Assembly (NCBI GenBank): GCA_023396915.1
Contig: JAEWUV010000007.1
Location: forward strand, 18,077-82,076
Length of the DNA stretch: 64,000 bases
Source: Candidatus Parcubacteria bacterium
GTDB lineage: Bacteria > Patescibacteriota > Microgenomatia > UBA12405
Reading direction: 5' to 3'
The stretch's first letter is position 1. The number at the start of each line of letters is the position of its first letter. Shown in pieces: positions 28,636 through 37,419 of this stretch. The notes below the pieces were generated by a model, which saw only the letters and a program-made list of their open reading frames with translations, was not told where the DNA came from and did not search any database. Made by a program: the position numbers and the translations under genes.

Positions 28636-29835
28636 ATGTATAAACCATCTCAAAAAATTTTAGATAAATATGCCGATATTTTGGTTAAATTTGCTTTAAA
28701 CAGCGGCAAAGGTATTAAAAAGGGTGAAGTTGTTTTTCTCCAAGTTCCCGAAAGTGCCAAACCACTTCTAATTTCTCTTCAGCGTTCTGTTTTAAAAAGT
28801 GGTGCTCACGCCATTATTCAATATCTTCCTGATGAAATGTCTCGCGAGTTTTATCAATTAGCTTCTCCTGATCAGCTCAAATTTTTTCCTGCCACTTATC
28901 TCAAAGGCCGAGTTAAACAAGCCGACCACTTTTTAATGGTTTTAGCCGAGACCAATTATCACGAACTTGAAGGTATTGACCCCAGACTTATCATGAAACG
29001 AAACATGATTTTTAAACCTTACAAAGACTGGAGGGACGCCAAAGAAAACAAAGGCAAACTTACTTGGACCATCGGTTTATATCCTACTCCGGCTATGGCC
29101 AATGAGGCCAAATTAAGTTTATACCAAGCTTGGCAACAAGTTATTAAGGCCTGTTTTTTAAACTATCGGGATCCGGTTGAAAAATGGCAAAGAGTCCAAA
29201 AAAAATCTGATCAAATTCGCCGTAAATTAAATAAACTTGAGATTGTTTCAGTTAATATCAAATCCAAAGAAACTGATTTAAATATTACTATCGGAGAGAA
29301 TCGCCAGTGGCTTGGTGGTGGTGGTCGCAATATTCCTAGTTTTGAAATTTTCACTTCTCCTGATTGGCGTGGCACGAATGGCTATATTTATTTTGATCAG
29401 CCACTTTATCGCCAGGGAAATTTAATTAAAAATATCAAATTAGTTTTTAAAGATGGTTTAGTAGTTGAATCTTCTGCTGGTTATGGAGAAAAATATCTTC
29501 GTGAACTTATCAAAACACCAAACAGTAACAAAATAGGGGAATTCTCTCTTACTGACAAACGGTTTTCCAAAATCAACCAATTTATGGCCGAAACTCTTTA
29601 TGATGAAAATTTTGGTGGTGAATTTGGTAATACTCATATCGCCATCGGTGCCTCTTACAAAGATACTTACAACGGTAAATTAAATAAATTATCAGATAAA
29701 GATTGGGAAAATTTAGGTTATAACGATTCTTCCGTTCATACTGATATAATTTCAACCCAAAATCGAATTGTCACTGCTACCCTCAAATCCGGTAAACAAA
29801 TTGTTTTATACAAAGACGGCCAATTTCAAATATAA
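28636..29835 (+). CDS. aminopeptidase, M29 (AmpS/PepS) family
   Basis: YADILVKFALNSGKGIKKGEVVFL start typical of M29. Start taken at ATG 28636 (MYKPSQ...); the ORF track begins at TTG 28609. Confidence 0.75.
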   Translation: MYKPSQKILDKYADILVKFALNSGKGIKKGEVVFLQVPESAKPLLISLQRSVLKSGAHAIIQYLPDEMSREFYQLASPDQLKFFPATYLKGRVKQADHFLMVLAETNYHELEGIDPRLIMKRNMIFKPYKDWRDAKENKGKLTWTIGLYPTPAMANEAKLSLYQAWQQVIKACFLNYRDPVEKWQRVQKKSDQIRRKLNKLEIVSVNIKSKETDLNITIGENRQWLGGGGRNIPSFEIFTSPDWRGTNGYIYFDQPLYRQGNLIKNIKLVFKDGLVVESSAGYGEKYLRELIKTPNSNKIGEFSLTDKRFSKINQFMAETLYDENFGGEFGNTHIAIGASYKDTYNGKLNKLSDKDWENLGYNDSSVHTDIISTQNRIVTATLKSGKQIVLYKDGQFQI

Positions 29836-29845
29836 AATTAAAATT

Positions 29846-29875
29846 AAAAAAATGCTCCCCTTTATCAAGGGGAGC
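29846..29875 (-). terminator. rho-independent terminator for the minus-strand RGG/Zn-ribbon gene; also a member of the YATC-loop hairpin family
   Basis: Perfect 9-bp stem GCTCCCCTT/AAGGGGAGC with loop TATC (29854-29875), followed on the minus strand by T7. Confidence 0.5.
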
Positions 29876-29902
29876 TGTCGAACAAAGTGAGACTGAGGGG
29901 TT

Positions 29903-30370
29903 TTATTCTTGAGTTTCTATTGGAGTTTCAACTCTCTTTACTTTTTTGACTTTCTTAACAGATTTTTCAACCACTGGCATTGGTTTTTGAGTAGTTAAAA
30001 GGTCAATAATTCTATCAAGTTTTTTATTTAAAGCTTCAATCTCAGCTCGGGTATTATCCTGTCTGTAATCCTTAACATCTCTTTGTTCAAATCTTCGGTT
30101 ATTGCCACCAAAATCTCTATTCCCGCCGTCACGGCCACTGGTTTTTTCAAAACAATTACTGCAATAAACCGGTTTTTCACCAGTTGGTCTGAAAGGTAAT
30201 TCACATTCAGCTCCGCATTTATCACAAATAGCCGAAAACATCTGACGATCTTCTCGATTTCTGTCAAAACCACCTCTGCTTCCACCACCAAAGCTTCGAC
30301 CTCGGTTTCCACCGCCAAAACTTCTGTTGCTAAAATTTTTAAATCCACGATCATTTCCAAAATTTTTCAT
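29903..30370 (-). CDS. small RGG/RG-rich protein with a CxxC-x17-CxxC zinc ribbon (nucleic-acid-binding type)
   Basis: N-terminal GGGNRGRSFGGGSRGGFDRNR repeats, CDKCGAECELPFRPTGEKPVYCSNC, a second RG-rich stretch, and a Lys-rich C-terminus. Confidence 0.55.
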   Translation of the reverse strand: MKNFGNDRGFKNFSNRSFGGGNRGRSFGGGSRGGFDRNREDRQMFSAICDKCGAECELPFRPTGEKPVYCSNCFEKTSGRDGGNRDFGGNNRRFEQRDVKDYRQDNTRAEIEALNKKLDRIIDLLTTQKPMPVVEKSVKKVKKVKRVETPIETQE

Positions 30371-30414
30371 TATTTTTTATTTAATTTTTTCTAATTTAAA
30401 GACTAAGTATTGTA

Positions 30415-31563
30415 TCAGTTTTGTGTTTTTATTGTTGGAGTTGCTGTCGGGGCCAATATTCCGTCATTTTCTATAAATTCTTTTACTTCGCTAAAATCAT
30501 CTTCTCCTAATCTAGGGCTTAATATAGCCTGTCCGGTAGTGGCTCTAGTACTTTTTAGTACATTATCATCAGTTAAAGCAACAGAAATTATTTTATATTC
30601 CGAGATTTCTGGTATTTTTGATACCAATTCGCCCATCTCAGAAAATATTATGTCAGTAGTAATATGTTTGGTTAAAGTTTGAACAGTCGGAATTATTTTT
30701 GACACAAAACCAATATTTATTACTTTATCCCTAATTGCAGTTATTACCTGCTTTTGCCTTTCTGATCGATTAAAATCTCCTCCGTTTATTTCCGAATGTC
30801 TTGATCTGGCATATTTAAGTGCCGTTGTCCCATCCATATGTTGTATTCCTTTATCAAAGTGTAAATTTTCATAACGGCAAGTAAATTGTTGTTCCAATTT
30901 ATCCCCCGACATTGTCGCTTCAATAGCGGTAAGTTCTTCTTCACTTTTGCCGCAAGTATCATTCTTAAGTTCTTCGATAGGGTAAAACGGATCATCAAAA
31001 GTTTGGCTTATCTTAACATCAATTCCACCCAAACTATCAATAATTTTTACAAAACCATCAAAATCAATAGTGGCAAAATAATTAGGTTTTATCCCTGTTA
31101 CCTGTTCTACTACATATTTAGCCATTTCTCCGCCGCCGGCACTTCCGGTAAATTCTATTTGTTTGTTAGGATAATCTTTATCATCATAACCAATCGCATA
31201 AGCTTCATTAATTTTTCTTTTTATACTTTCTTCTTCAGATATTGGGATTGACACCCATAAATCTCTAGGGATAGAAATTAACTTTACTTTTTCTTCGTGA
31301 GGGATAATTTGGGCCAACATTATCGAGTCGGTTAATAATCCTCCGTCATGAGTTCCTCCCCCATAACCCATCAGTAAAATTGAGTATGGAGCCAAAGGGT
31401 CGGGAGTTGGTGTTGCCGTTGGGCTTACTTCTAGTGCTGTTTTAGATTCATTTTTCTTCACCACCATCCTGTTATAAGAAAAATAAACCACTCCGATTCC
31501 GACTAAAACTAACCACAAAATTATAGCTGCTATCCACCACCAATTTAGTTGTTTCTTTCGCAT
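30415..31563 (-). CDS. LytR-CpsA-Psr (LCP) family cell-envelope phosphotransferase
   Basis: N-terminal TM helix, then the LCP core ILLMGYGGG...DSIMLAQI...ISIPRDLWV. Confidence 0.8.
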   Translation of the reverse strand: MRKKQLNWWWIAAIILWLVLVGIGVVYFSYNRMVVKKNESKTALEVSPTATPTPDPLAPYSILLMGYGGGTHDGGLLTDSIMLAQIIPHEEKVKLISIPRDLWVSIPISEEESIKRKINEAYAIGYDDKDYPNKQIEFTGSAGGGEMAKYVVEQVTGIKPNYFATIDFDGFVKIIDSLGGIDVKISQTFDDPFYPIEELKNDTCGKSEEELTAIEATMSGDKLEQQFTCRYENLHFDKGIQHMDGTTALKYARSRHSEINGGDFNRSERQKQVITAIRDKVINIGFVSKIIPTVQTLTKHITTDIIFSEMGELVSKIPEISEYKIISVALTDDNVLKSTRATTGQAILSPRLGEDDFSEVKEFIENDGILAPTATPTIKTQN

Positions 31564-31566
31564 GGT

Positions 31567-31867
31567 TTAAAGTATATCAGAAAATTCTACTTTCCCATTT
31601 TTAATTTTTACTCCTTCACTAATTAACTTTCTTTCTTTTTCTTTTGATAGATAATCATCAATATGACCAAAATATCCACCAATTTCTCTGTTACTTTTTA
31701 TAACTCTATGACAGGGAATATGTATTGGATTGGGATTATTTTTCAAAGCATTTCCTACTGGCTCTATAAGCTTTTGAGTGTAATTTCTCCGCCACCTGCT
31801 TATAAGTCATTACTTTGCCTTTCGGAATCTGTTTTACCACTTCATAAACTCGCTGACTAAATTTCAT
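31567..31867 (-). pseudogene. methylated-DNA-protein-cysteine methyltransferase (MGMT/Ogt) DNA-binding/active-site domain, interrupted by a +1 frameshift
   Basis: Frame A gives MKFSQRVYEVVKQIPKGKVMTYKQVAEKLHSKAYRA. Then one extra A (gcc-a-gta, about plus 31755-31762) shifts into VGNALKNNPNPIHIPCHRVIKSNREIGGYF...SDIL*. The span is 301 nt, i.e. 3n+1. The active-site PCHRV is intact. Confidence 0.7.
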
Positions 31868-31888
31868 AGTCGATTTTATCTTGATACT

Positions 31889-32317
31889 CTAAGCCGCCTT
31901 ATACACCACTCTTTCTATAATTTTACCACCCTCTATTGTCTCCCTTGTATGCAACTCAACCGGTATTTTATCAAAATCATTGCGAAACCAAGGATCAGCA
32001 TCATCCCACTGTTCTTTTTTTGCTATCATATAAAAATTAGTTTTTCCGTGTTCTCCTACATCCAAATGTCTGATTAGTTCCAAATCTTTACCATCCCAAG
32101 TAAAGGTTATCTTGTCTTCATCCTTCGTATATTTAAAAGAAACTTTCTTCCTTTTGGCCTTGGTCTGTAAACGTGCCGCCATTTTATCTTCCCAAGGAGT
32201 TTCTTTTAAATCCCCATTTTCTCTACCAAAACCAGCAAAAGGCCTCCCGGTTGAACGGGAAATTAACTCACGTATCACACTAATATTAATATTAGAACGT
32301 ATGGCTTCACTAGTCAT
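31889..32317 (-). CDS. hypothetical protein (142 aa)
   Basis: Intact ORF, no recognised motif. Part of the tRNA-Glu-proximal block. Confidence 0.5.
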   Translation of the reverse strand: MTSEAIRSNINISVIRELISRSTGRPFAGFGRENGDLKETPWEDKMAARLQTKAKRKKVSFKYTKDEDKITFTWDGKDLELIRHLDVGEHGKTNFYMIAKKEQWDDADPWFRNDFDKIPVELHTRETIEGGKIIERVVYKAA

Positions 32318-32351
32318 TAACCTATATTATACGATATTTTCGTTTTTTTAA

Positions 32352-34169
32352 CTAATATGGAGAGTATAATACTCCATTAACATAAATTAAAATCTTTTTC
32401 CCTTCTTCAAAAACGATATCTTCACAAGCCCAATACAATCTCCAAATTTGGTATTCACCCGCTGGTATTGTGACAAAAGAAACCTGATCTCCTGACTGAA
32501 TCTTTTCCCTAATCTCAATTTTATTTAATTCATTATACTTTTTCTCGTCTACAGTCACCCATATTGCATTCTTATCTACTTTCACTCCTTTAACTGGCTC
32601 ACAGCCAGCAAAATGAGGAAAATCACGTGACCCCATTTTAACCGCTACCTTTTTAACTTCATCTTTGGTTGCTTTATCAACTACTATCGATTCTTCTTCT
32701 GCAATCTGATTGAGGATAAAATTTCGCCAATATGTGATAACTTCAGTATAATTCGTCTGTCTCAACAAATCTGTATTAATGGTAATTTTTAATCTTTGGA
32801 TTTTTATTTGAAGAGTCTCATCATCCATCCAATTATCTTTAAATCTAAGACTAGAAGTCAGTTTTGTTTGATGTTTAATGGTTCGGTAGTATAGTATCTG
32901 GTTAAGAACTTCAGCTTTTAATTCTTGTAGGGCAGTCTCTTTTATTTCTGGACTAGATTCTTGAGCCAATTCATAAAAATGTTCTACATCTTTATTTCCT
33001 TCATAAAAAAGACTTTTTTCGTCACCCAAAGCGTAAAGATAAGCCATAAAATATTCCTCGTCTTGAGGAGGGGAAACACGATCAGCTATGTGCATATTAT
33101 CAGCCGAACGAAGCAATGCCAATAATACCAATAATGGGTTTTCGTCATCTAAACTTACTTTAAAATATTCCAAGCCTAAAGACTGATTTTTTCCTAATTT
33201 GCGTCCAGCATATTTTTTGCCTACTAGCTCAATTTTGGGCATTTCCTTATCTATAAAAAGTCCTCTCAACCTATCTATCCACTCTCTTAACTTTTCTCCA
33301 TTATTATCTTTAGCCTCAGAAAAAATAGAGATACTCCGAATTCCATCTAATCTTTCACAGGCCACAAAAAGATCATTTCCATCAACTAAAAAAGGACCTT
33401 GGTCAGTTACGATTTTTACCATGTAACTTTTATCGAACTTATCAGCATTATGCATTAAAACAGCGTCTCTTAAATCATTTGTCGCTTTCTCTCCAAAAAT
33501 ACTCCCTAAAACACCCCTAATTGCTACTTTTTCTCCATTAACTTCTGTTAAACCATAATTAATTTTATCTGCCCCAGTTTGGCTATGTGTTACCTTGGGT
33601 AAATGTTTTGATTCAGATTCAGGATAGCCCAAATCATGAAATAAAGCCATGTTAGCCAAAAGAAATCTCACTTTCTCTGTACTAAGGCCATATTCCTTCT
33701 TAAATTTTTCGATTACTTTTGGGTGCACTTCAATATTTTCATCGATATTGCCTGCCACCCATAAACTATGATTAAAATTATGTGATACATAATTTTGAGG
33801 ACTATTTAAATCTTGATCAATTCCTCGCTGTAAAACAAAATTCAAATGTCCCAATAGCAAAGATTGTTCATCGGGGGTTATTTGTTGTCCATTCAGTAAT
33901 AAGTCTTGGTAAAAAGACATTACTTTTTTTAAACCACCTTTCCTGACAAAAAAATCTTCAACCCGTAATAACCTAATTTCGTCAACAGCTTGTTGTTTCA
34001 GTTCAGATAAATAGTTATTAACTATTTCAATCGAAAATGTATTTAGTTCAGCTAAATAAACCTCATTAGTAATAGTTCCTCTGTCTACCAAATCACTTCT
34101 TATACTAATATCTCCTGGTCGAGGTACCTTAAAAGAAAAATCTTTTCCAGATTGATCTCTATCTACCAT
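32352..34169 (-). CDS. large HD-domain protein (HD phosphohydrolase fold near the N-terminus, with a C-terminal ~360-aa region of unknown function)
   Basis: HD-superfamily ligands in order: HSLWVAG ... LFHDLGY ... LMHNAD. The rest is unrecognised. Confidence 0.6.
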   Translation of the reverse strand: MVDRDQSGKDFSFKVPRPGDISIRSDLVDRGTITNEVYLAELNTFSIEIVNNYLSELKQQAVDEIRLLRVEDFFVRKGGLKKVMSFYQDLLLNGQQITPDEQSLLLGHLNFVLQRGIDQDLNSPQNYVSHNFNHSLWVAGNIDENIEVHPKVIEKFKKEYGLSTEKVRFLLANMALFHDLGYPESESKHLPKVTHSQTGADKINYGLTEVNGEKVAIRGVLGSIFGEKATNDLRDAVLMHNADKFDKSYMVKIVTDQGPFLVDGNDLFVACERLDGIRSISIFSEAKDNNGEKLREWIDRLRGLFIDKEMPKIELVGKKYAGRKLGKNQSLGLEYFKVSLDDENPLLVLLALLRSADNMHIADRVSPPQDEEYFMAYLYALGDEKSLFYEGNKDVEHFYELAQESSPEIKETALQELKAEVLNQILYYRTIKHQTKLTSSLRFKDNWMDDETLQIKIQRLKITINTDLLRQTNYTEVITYWRNFILNQIAEEESIVVDKATKDEVKKVAVKMGSRDFPHFAGCEPVKGVKVDKNAIWVTVDEKKYNELNKIEIREKIQSGDQVSFVTIPAGEYQIWRLYWACEDIVFEEGKKILIYVNGVLYSPY

Positions 34170-34229
34170 AGACCAGATTGTATCATTTTTATACCTATAA
34201 TAAAAGAATTATTAGTAAAATCTTCAAAG

Positions 34230-35171
34230 CTAAAAAGAGTCTCCATTTCTTAAAATTATTTCAGAACATTGTTGGAATTCATATGAATCATATTTTGAAA
34301 CGGAAGGAATTCTTCTATTTTTATACATTTCTTGAACCTCGTGGTATCTTTGTAAAAACCACAAATAAGCTAACGTTGTATCCTGATTATATTCATCAAA
34401 AAAACAAACCCTTTCTGCAGTATTAGTTGGTAATTCCATTGCTTGATTAGTGGACCAGACTCTATCTCTAATCAAGGTTTGGGTTTTTAAGTCTAAGTCA
34501 CGTTGTAATAATCTAATAAAACCATATTTAAACCCAAAATTCCCAATAAGTTCACTTTCATCATAAAATTGATAACCTTGATTAAAACATACTTTCCCCC
34601 GACTTAAACCAGTCTCACAAGTCTTTAAATAATCTTTTATCTGACTTTTTAACGCCTTTCTTATTTTTCCACTAAGACCGGTTGTTAACCCCATCTCTTC
34701 AAGCACTTTTTCTCTAGCACTTTTCCACATACCCATTTCACCAAAAACTATTCGCGAATTTAAAATTCTGTCTGGGTAAATTAAACCAGAATCTCTTGAA
34801 ACATAAGATAAAATATCTTCATTAATGTATAAAACACGTGGGTCTCCATCAGTCTTTAAATCATAATCGAAAACAGAGGAATAAGGTATCCCGTAAATTT
34901 CGAAAAATTTTTCATTAATTTGTTTCGGGGTAATCTCATTTCGTTTTTTTTGGTATTGAAGATACACCACCTCAGTTCTTGATTGAGGATGTCTTTCTCT
35001 TTTCCCATCACTTCCAACAACAACAGCACAAAAACCATTTTCTAATAAAAAATCTCTCATCAGGGATAAGGTATTTCTAACCTCGGTCAAATAAGCGGAA
35101 TTAATATCATCCAAATAACCCTTATATTTAGGTAATGGCATTTCATATGGAGATACTTCTTTTGAAACCAT
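34230..35171 (-). CDS. GlnD/GlnE/DUF294-type nucleotidyltransferase-fold protein with a degenerate metal-binding motif
   Basis: LLENGFCAVVVGSDGKRERHPQSRTEVVYL aligns with the GlnD signature [27 protein letters not shown], but the DxD residues are T-E-V. Confidence 0.6.
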   Translation of the reverse strand: MVSKEVSPYEMPLPKYKGYLDDINSAYLTEVRNTLSLMRDFLLENGFCAVVVGSDGKRERHPQSRTEVVYLQYQKKRNEITPKQINEKFFEIYGIPYSSVFDYDLKTDGDPRVLYINEDILSYVSRDSGLIYPDRILNSRIVFGEMGMWKSAREKVLEEMGLTTGLSGKIRKALKSQIKDYLKTCETGLSRGKVCFNQGYQFYDESELIGNFGFKYGFIRLLQRDLDLKTQTLIRDRVWSTNQAMELPTNTAERVCFFDEYNQDTTLAYLWFLQRYHEVQEMYKNRRIPSVSKYDSYEFQQCSEIILRNGDSF

Positions 35172-35199
35172 CGGGCAATTATATCATTTACTTTCTGTG

Positions 35200-35271
35200 T
35201 GACCCCACGGAGAATCGAACTCCGATTACCAGGATGAGAACCTGATGTCCTAACCGTTAGACGATGGGGCC
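35200..35271 (-). tRNA. tRNA-Glu (anticodon CUC)
   Basis: Reverse complement: acceptor GGCCCCA/TGGGGTC plus A73, U8, D-arm GTCT-AACGGTTA-GGAC, anticodon loop TTCTCAT, T-arm CGGAG-TTCGATT-CTCCG. CCA is not encoded. Confidence 0.75.
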
Positions 35272-35294
35272 TAATTTGTTGTAGAATTAAGCAG

Positions 35295-36431
35295 ATGTAT
35301 TTTACCAAATATAGACCACATTTTAAGCTTATTCTTTTAACTATTCTTTCGTCTCTTCTGTTTTGGTTAATTTTCTATTCCAATCTTCCCAGCAAAATCG
35401 GTTTTGGAGATGTTTCTCTTGAAACTATTTTTGCCAACTATGATGGGCCAAATTATATGGTTATTAGTAAGTGTGGTTACAACAAAAATTGTATCGGTCC
35501 AAATTTTTCTTTACCCCAAAGTTTAGAATATTATCCAGCTCACTTTCCCGCCTTTCCTTTTTTAATAAAATTTTTCAACAACTTTACCACTGGCCCTAAA
35601 GCCATGCTTTTTTCCACTCTTTTGGGATCAATTTTTTTAAGTTTAATTTTTTATGAATTTTTAAAACTTTTTGTAAACGACAAAAAAGCTTATTGGTTAA
35701 GTGCTTTACTTTTATTTTTCCCAGCCAGACTTTTTGTTTTACGTTCTGTTGGTGCTCCCGAGACTTGGTTTTTGGCAAGTATTTTGGCATCGATTTATTT
35801 CTTCAAAAAAGATAAAATTTGGCTTTCGGCTATTTTTGTCGCCTTAGCCCAAGCTTTTAAAACTCCAGCCATTTTACTTTTAGCTTCTTATTTTATTATT
35901 TTCGTACACGATTTAATCCAAAAGAAAAATATTTCTCTTGCTGTCAAAAAATTTTATCCTTATCTTTTAGTTCCAGTTACTGTTTTGGCAATTTTTTATC
36001 TGTATTATCTTCAAACCGGCAATTTTTGGGCCTATTTCCAAAGCGGTGATAATTTCCATTTAAACTTTTTACCCTATACTGTTTTTATTAGTACTAAATC
36101 TTGGATTAACACTATTTGGTTGGAAGATATTATTTACATCTTTTTTATAGCCGTCTACGGAGTCTATAAATTAATCAAAAAATACAAATTCGATATTATT
36201 ACTATTTTTCCACTAATTTTTGTCATCGCTACTTTGTTGGTGGCTCATCGTGATATCAGTCGTTATATTTCTCCTGTTTATCCATTTTTATTTTTGGCCT
36301 TTAGTCAATTTTTAACCAAAAAATCGGTCAAAATAATTTTACTTCTTTTACTACCAGCCATTGTTTTATACGGAATTAATTTTGCCATCGGCAACGTCGC
36401 CCCCATTTCCGACTGGACTAATTATTTGTAA
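35295..36431 (+). CDS. polytopic membrane protein, GT-C-like (PMT/ArnT-type glycosyltransferase fold suspected)
   Basis: 378 aa, about 10 TM helices. No soluble domain and no diagnostic motif confirmed. Confidence 0.5.
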   Translation: MYFTKYRPHFKLILLTILSSLLFWLIFYSNLPSKIGFGDVSLETIFANYDGPNYMVISKCGYNKNCIGPNFSLPQSLEYYPAHFPAFPFLIKFFNNFTTGPKAMLFSTLLGSIFLSLIFYEFLKLFVNDKKAYWLSALLLFFPARLFVLRSVGAPETWFLASILASIYFFKKDKIWLSAIFVALAQAFKTPAILLLASYFIIFVHDLIQKKNISLAVKKFYPYLLVPVTVLAIFYLYYLQTGNFWAYFQSGDNFHLNFLPYTVFISTKSWINTIWLEDIIYIFFIAVYGVYKLIKKYKFDIITIFPLIFVIATLLVAHRDISRYISPVYPFLFLAFSQFLTKKSVKIILLLLLPAIVLYGINFAIGNVAPISDWTNYL

Positions 36432-36528
36432 AAATAAATAATTCCCCGCCCTGCCTCGCCATGCCGTAGCTTTCAGCGAAGGCTGGTCAAGAGAGGATGT
36501 CCTGAGTTTATCGAAGGATAGGAGGGTT
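36432..36528. other. GC-rich 97-nt intergenic element between convergent genes (structured RNA or bidirectional terminator region)
   Basis: ccccgccctgcctcgccatgccgtagctttcagcgaaggctggtcaagagaggatgtcc... is much more GC-rich than the flanks. Contains hairpin GCTTTC-AGC-GAAGGC and a CGAAGG direct repeat. Confidence 0.3.
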
Positions 36529-37419
36529 TTAAGAGATATAAAATTTTCCGTCTTCTTCAACCAATAAATCTTTCATTAACATCATTGATAAGGTAGTCGA
36601 AATTTCAGTTACATTTCTTTTAGTCATTTGGCAGAGTTCATCACAGGTCATTGGTTCATTTTCAACTAAATCAATAATCACTCGTTCTAGATCAGACAAA
36701 TCACTATAATCTTTAAATAATTCACCTTGACTCGGCATTTCGATTTTATCTTCAAAAATATCAATCGCCTCAGTTAAAATTTTTGCCCCGCCACTTTTTA
36801 TCAAAAAATTTGTTCCGGCTGAAGTCTTGGAATTTATCGGGCCCGGTACTGCCAGTAATTTTCTTTTTTGTTCCAAAGCCAATTTAGCTGTAATTAAACT
36901 ACCAGACTTAATTCCACCCTCGACTACTACTACTCCTATATTTGCCAACCCAGAAACTATTCTGTTACGTTGAGGGAAACTCCAATTAGTCGCTTTAAAA
37001 TACGGCTCATATTCCGAAATTACCAACCCACCTTTTTGTAAAATTTCTGTATATAACTTGTCGTTATCTGCCGGACACGGAAAATCTAAACCTCCACCTA
37101 ATACGGCAATTGTTTTTCCACCATATTCCAAACATTTTTGGTGCGATTCGGTGTCTACTCCGTACATAAAACCTGAGATCACTGTTGTTTTTCGGCTTAC
37201 AATTTCCGGCATAATTTTATCTACCACCTCTCGTCCGTATCTGGTAATTTGTCGGCTACCAACAATCGCCACCACCTTTTCAAATAAACTTTCATTCCAT
37301 TTACCTCTGTAAAAAAGTTTTTCTGGACATTTATTAATTGTCTTTAAACTCTCTGGAAAATCTTTCTTTTCAATTGTTTGTATTTTCCAATTCTTCCATT
37401 CATTCATACAAGTTTTCAT
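36529..37419 (-). CDS. dprA: DNA-processing protein A (DprA/Smf)
   Basis: Rossmann core VAIVGSRQITRYG...VISGFMYGVDTESH...IAVLGGGLD, plus a C-terminal winged helix. Confidence 0.85.
   Translation of the reverse strand: MKTCMNEWKNWKIQTIEKKDFPESLKTINKCPEKLFYRGKWNESLFEKVVAIVGSRQITRYGREVVDKIMPEIVSRKTTVISGFMYGVDTESHQKCLEYGGKTIAVLGGGLDFPCPADNDKLYTEILQKGGLVISEYEPYFKATNWSFPQRNRIVSGLANIGVVVVEGGIKSGSLITAKLALEQKRKLLAVPGPINSKTSAGTNFLIKSGGAKILTEAIDIFEDKIEMPSQGELFKDYSDLSDLERVIIDLVENEPMTCDELCQMTKRNVTEISTTLSMMLMKDLLVEEDGKFYIS

Noticed and set aside
35172-35294. Mobile-element signature (integrase, att direct repeat) at the tRNA-Glu boundary of the NTase/HD block
   Set aside because: No integrase or recombinase ORF and no obvious repeat of the tRNA 3' end was seen by eye, so I do not call a mobile element. 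A computational repeat search is still suggested.
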